A stretch of 64,000 nt of DNA. It comes from Candidatus Aenigmatarchaeota archaeon. Its GTDB lineage: Archaea; Aenigmatarchaeota; Aenigmatarchaeia; CG10238-14; SCSR01. Positions within the stretch are counted from its first letter, which is position 1. Each line of letters opens with the position of its first letter. The position numbers and the translations under genes are program-made. Positions 63,064 to 64,000 of this stretch are shown here, in pieces. Below the pieces are notes generated by a model that was not told the DNA's origin, searched no databases, and saw only the letters and a program-made list of their open reading frames with translations. Location: positions 26,000 through 89,999 of the forward strand of contig JAGVVV010000010.1 of assembly GCA_018304615.1 (NCBI GenBank), in the 5' to 3' direction.

Positions 63064-63821
63064 TCAATTCCCTCTTTTATCCAATCATAACCTTTCTGCT
63101 CAAGCTGTTCTGCAAGATCTTCTCCCCCAGACTTGACAATTTTTCCATTTATCATTACATGAACATAGTCAGGTTTTATGTACTTGAGAATTCTCTGGTA
63201 GTGAGTTATCAATAAAACACCCATGTCAGTTCCTTTCAAATCATTCACACCGTTAGCAACTATTTTGACAGAGTCAATATCTAATCCTGAATCAGTTTCA
63301 TCAAGGATTGCAATCTTCGGATTGAGCACAGCAAGTTGCAGAATCTCAACTCTCTTCTTCTCTCCTCCAGAAAATCCTTCATTCAAGTGCCTGTAGATGA
63401 AAGACTCGTCCATCTGCAAAAGTTTAACTTTTTCTTTCAAAAGTTTCTGAAAATCAAGAACTGAAATCACTTCTTTCTCTATGTTTTTTGCATGCCCATT
63501 GTTTATGGAGTTGTACGCAGCTCTCAAGAAATTAAAAAGACTTACTCCTGCAACCTCAACAGGGTATTGGAAAGCAAGGAACATCCCCGCCTTAGCTCTC
63601 TGATCCGGAGTCATCACAAGTACATTCTTTCCGTCAAAGGTGATACTCCCCTTTTCTACTTTGTATTTAGGATGGCCCATCAAAACATTTGCAAGTGTGG
63701 ATTTTCCTGATCCATTCGGCCCCATTATCGCGTGAATCTTTCCCTTTTCAACTTTCAGATTCACACCTTTGATTATTTCCTTTCCATCAATTGAAACATG
63801 CAAATCTTTAATCTCGAGCAT
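63060..63821 (-). CDS. sufC: Fe-S cluster assembly ATPase SufC
   Basis: 253 aa. Walker A 'GPNGSGKST', signature 'FSGGEKKR', Walker B 'AILDETDSGLD'. Confidence 0.95.
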   Translation of the reverse strand: MLEIKDLHVSIDGKEIIKGVNLKVEKGKIHAIMGPNGSGKSTLANVLMGHPKYKVEKGSITFDGKNVLVMTPDQRAKAGMFLAFQYPVEVAGVSLFNFLRAAYNSINNGHAKNIEKEVISVLDFQKLLKEKVKLLQMDESFIYRHLNEGFSGGEKKRVEILQLAVLNPKIAILDETDSGLDIDSVKIVANGVNDLKGTDMGVLLITHYQRILKYIKPDYVHVMINGKIVKSGGEDLAEQLEQKGYDWIKEGIE

Positions 63822-63824
63822 TTC

Positions 63825-64000
63825 CTACATCTCCTTCAATCTATCTAAAACTTCTTTGCTGTGTCCATCCGGTTTGACATCATTGAAAATATATTTCACC
63901 TTTCCATCTTTTCCTATTAAAAATGTCGTCCTTTTTGCCGAGCCTGTAAATTTCAACACCCCATACTTCTTAGTTATCTCTTTCTTCTTATCTGATACAA
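63825..64000 (-). CDS. bcp: Peroxiredoxin (Bcp/AhpC-TSA family), C-terminal fragment (gene runs off the window end)
   Basis: Reverse translation by hand gives ...VSDKKKEITKKYGVLKFTGSAKRTTFLIGKDGKVKYIFNDVKPDGHSKEVLDRLKEM*, the typical Bcp C-terminal pattern (YGV...R.TF.I..DG.I). Confidence 0.65.
   Translation of the reverse strand, partial: VSDKKKEITKKYGVLKFTGSAKRTTFLIGKDGKVKYIFNDVKPDGHSKEVLDRLKEM

Noticed and set aside
1-64000. Search for CRISPR arrays, rRNA genes, further tRNAs, C/D box sRNAs, IS elements or integrases
   Set aside because: No regularly spaced direct repeats were seen. No spacer is long or GC-rich enough for an rRNA, RNase P RNA or SRP RNA. The intergenic spacers inspected by eye lack paired C (RUGAUGA) and D (CUGA) boxes. 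No transposase, integrase or Cas-like motifs appear in any ORF. The search was manual, so short sRNAs inside or antisense to genes cannot be excluded.

Overview
AT-rich, very compact archaeal chromosome segment with many 1-4 nt gene overlaps, short spacers and several GTG/TTG starts. Hallmark genes place it in Archaea: fibrillarin+Nop5, Kae1 and Bud32, archaeal DnaG, Hjc, Hel308, histone, RPA, RadA, family-B DNA polymerase, ribosomal proteins uS15 and eS1, and AglB/STT3. The small proteins and tight packing suggest a DPANN-like lineage, but that is inference only. The window has three blocks. (1) 1-20.4 kb holds RNA-modification and DNA replication/repair genes and one tRNA-Pro(CGG). It also holds three winged-helix genes with repeat-bearing AT-rich spacers, directly upstream of a DP1-like gene + PolB operon. 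(2) 20.5-47.6 kb is a ~27 kb protein-glycosylation / surface-glycan island. It encodes an AglH/GPT-like transferase, an Alg14/Alg13-like pair, a flippase, 3 GT2, 3 GT4, 2 GT-C enzymes, sugar-nucleotide tailoring enzymes including an RfbH-like 3-dehydrase, a B12-radical SAM enzyme and AglB. (3) 47.6-64 kb holds a histone, RidA, RPA-RadA, an orphan gene bracketed by 14-bp direct repeats, Bud32, ribosomal proteins, an S2P protease, a class II RNR and a bacterial-style sufCBDSU operon. I recognised no rRNA, CRISPR array, transposase or integrase. The most interesting call is the DP1/B-subunit-like protein whose phosphodiesterase metal-ligand motifs are lost. It lies 7 nt upstream of an intact PolB that carries a C-terminal Cys4 zinc ribbon, and a possible origin-like region lies upstream of both. 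All functional calls rest on motif recognition by eye in the supplied translations. No database search, composition statistic or structure prediction was run.
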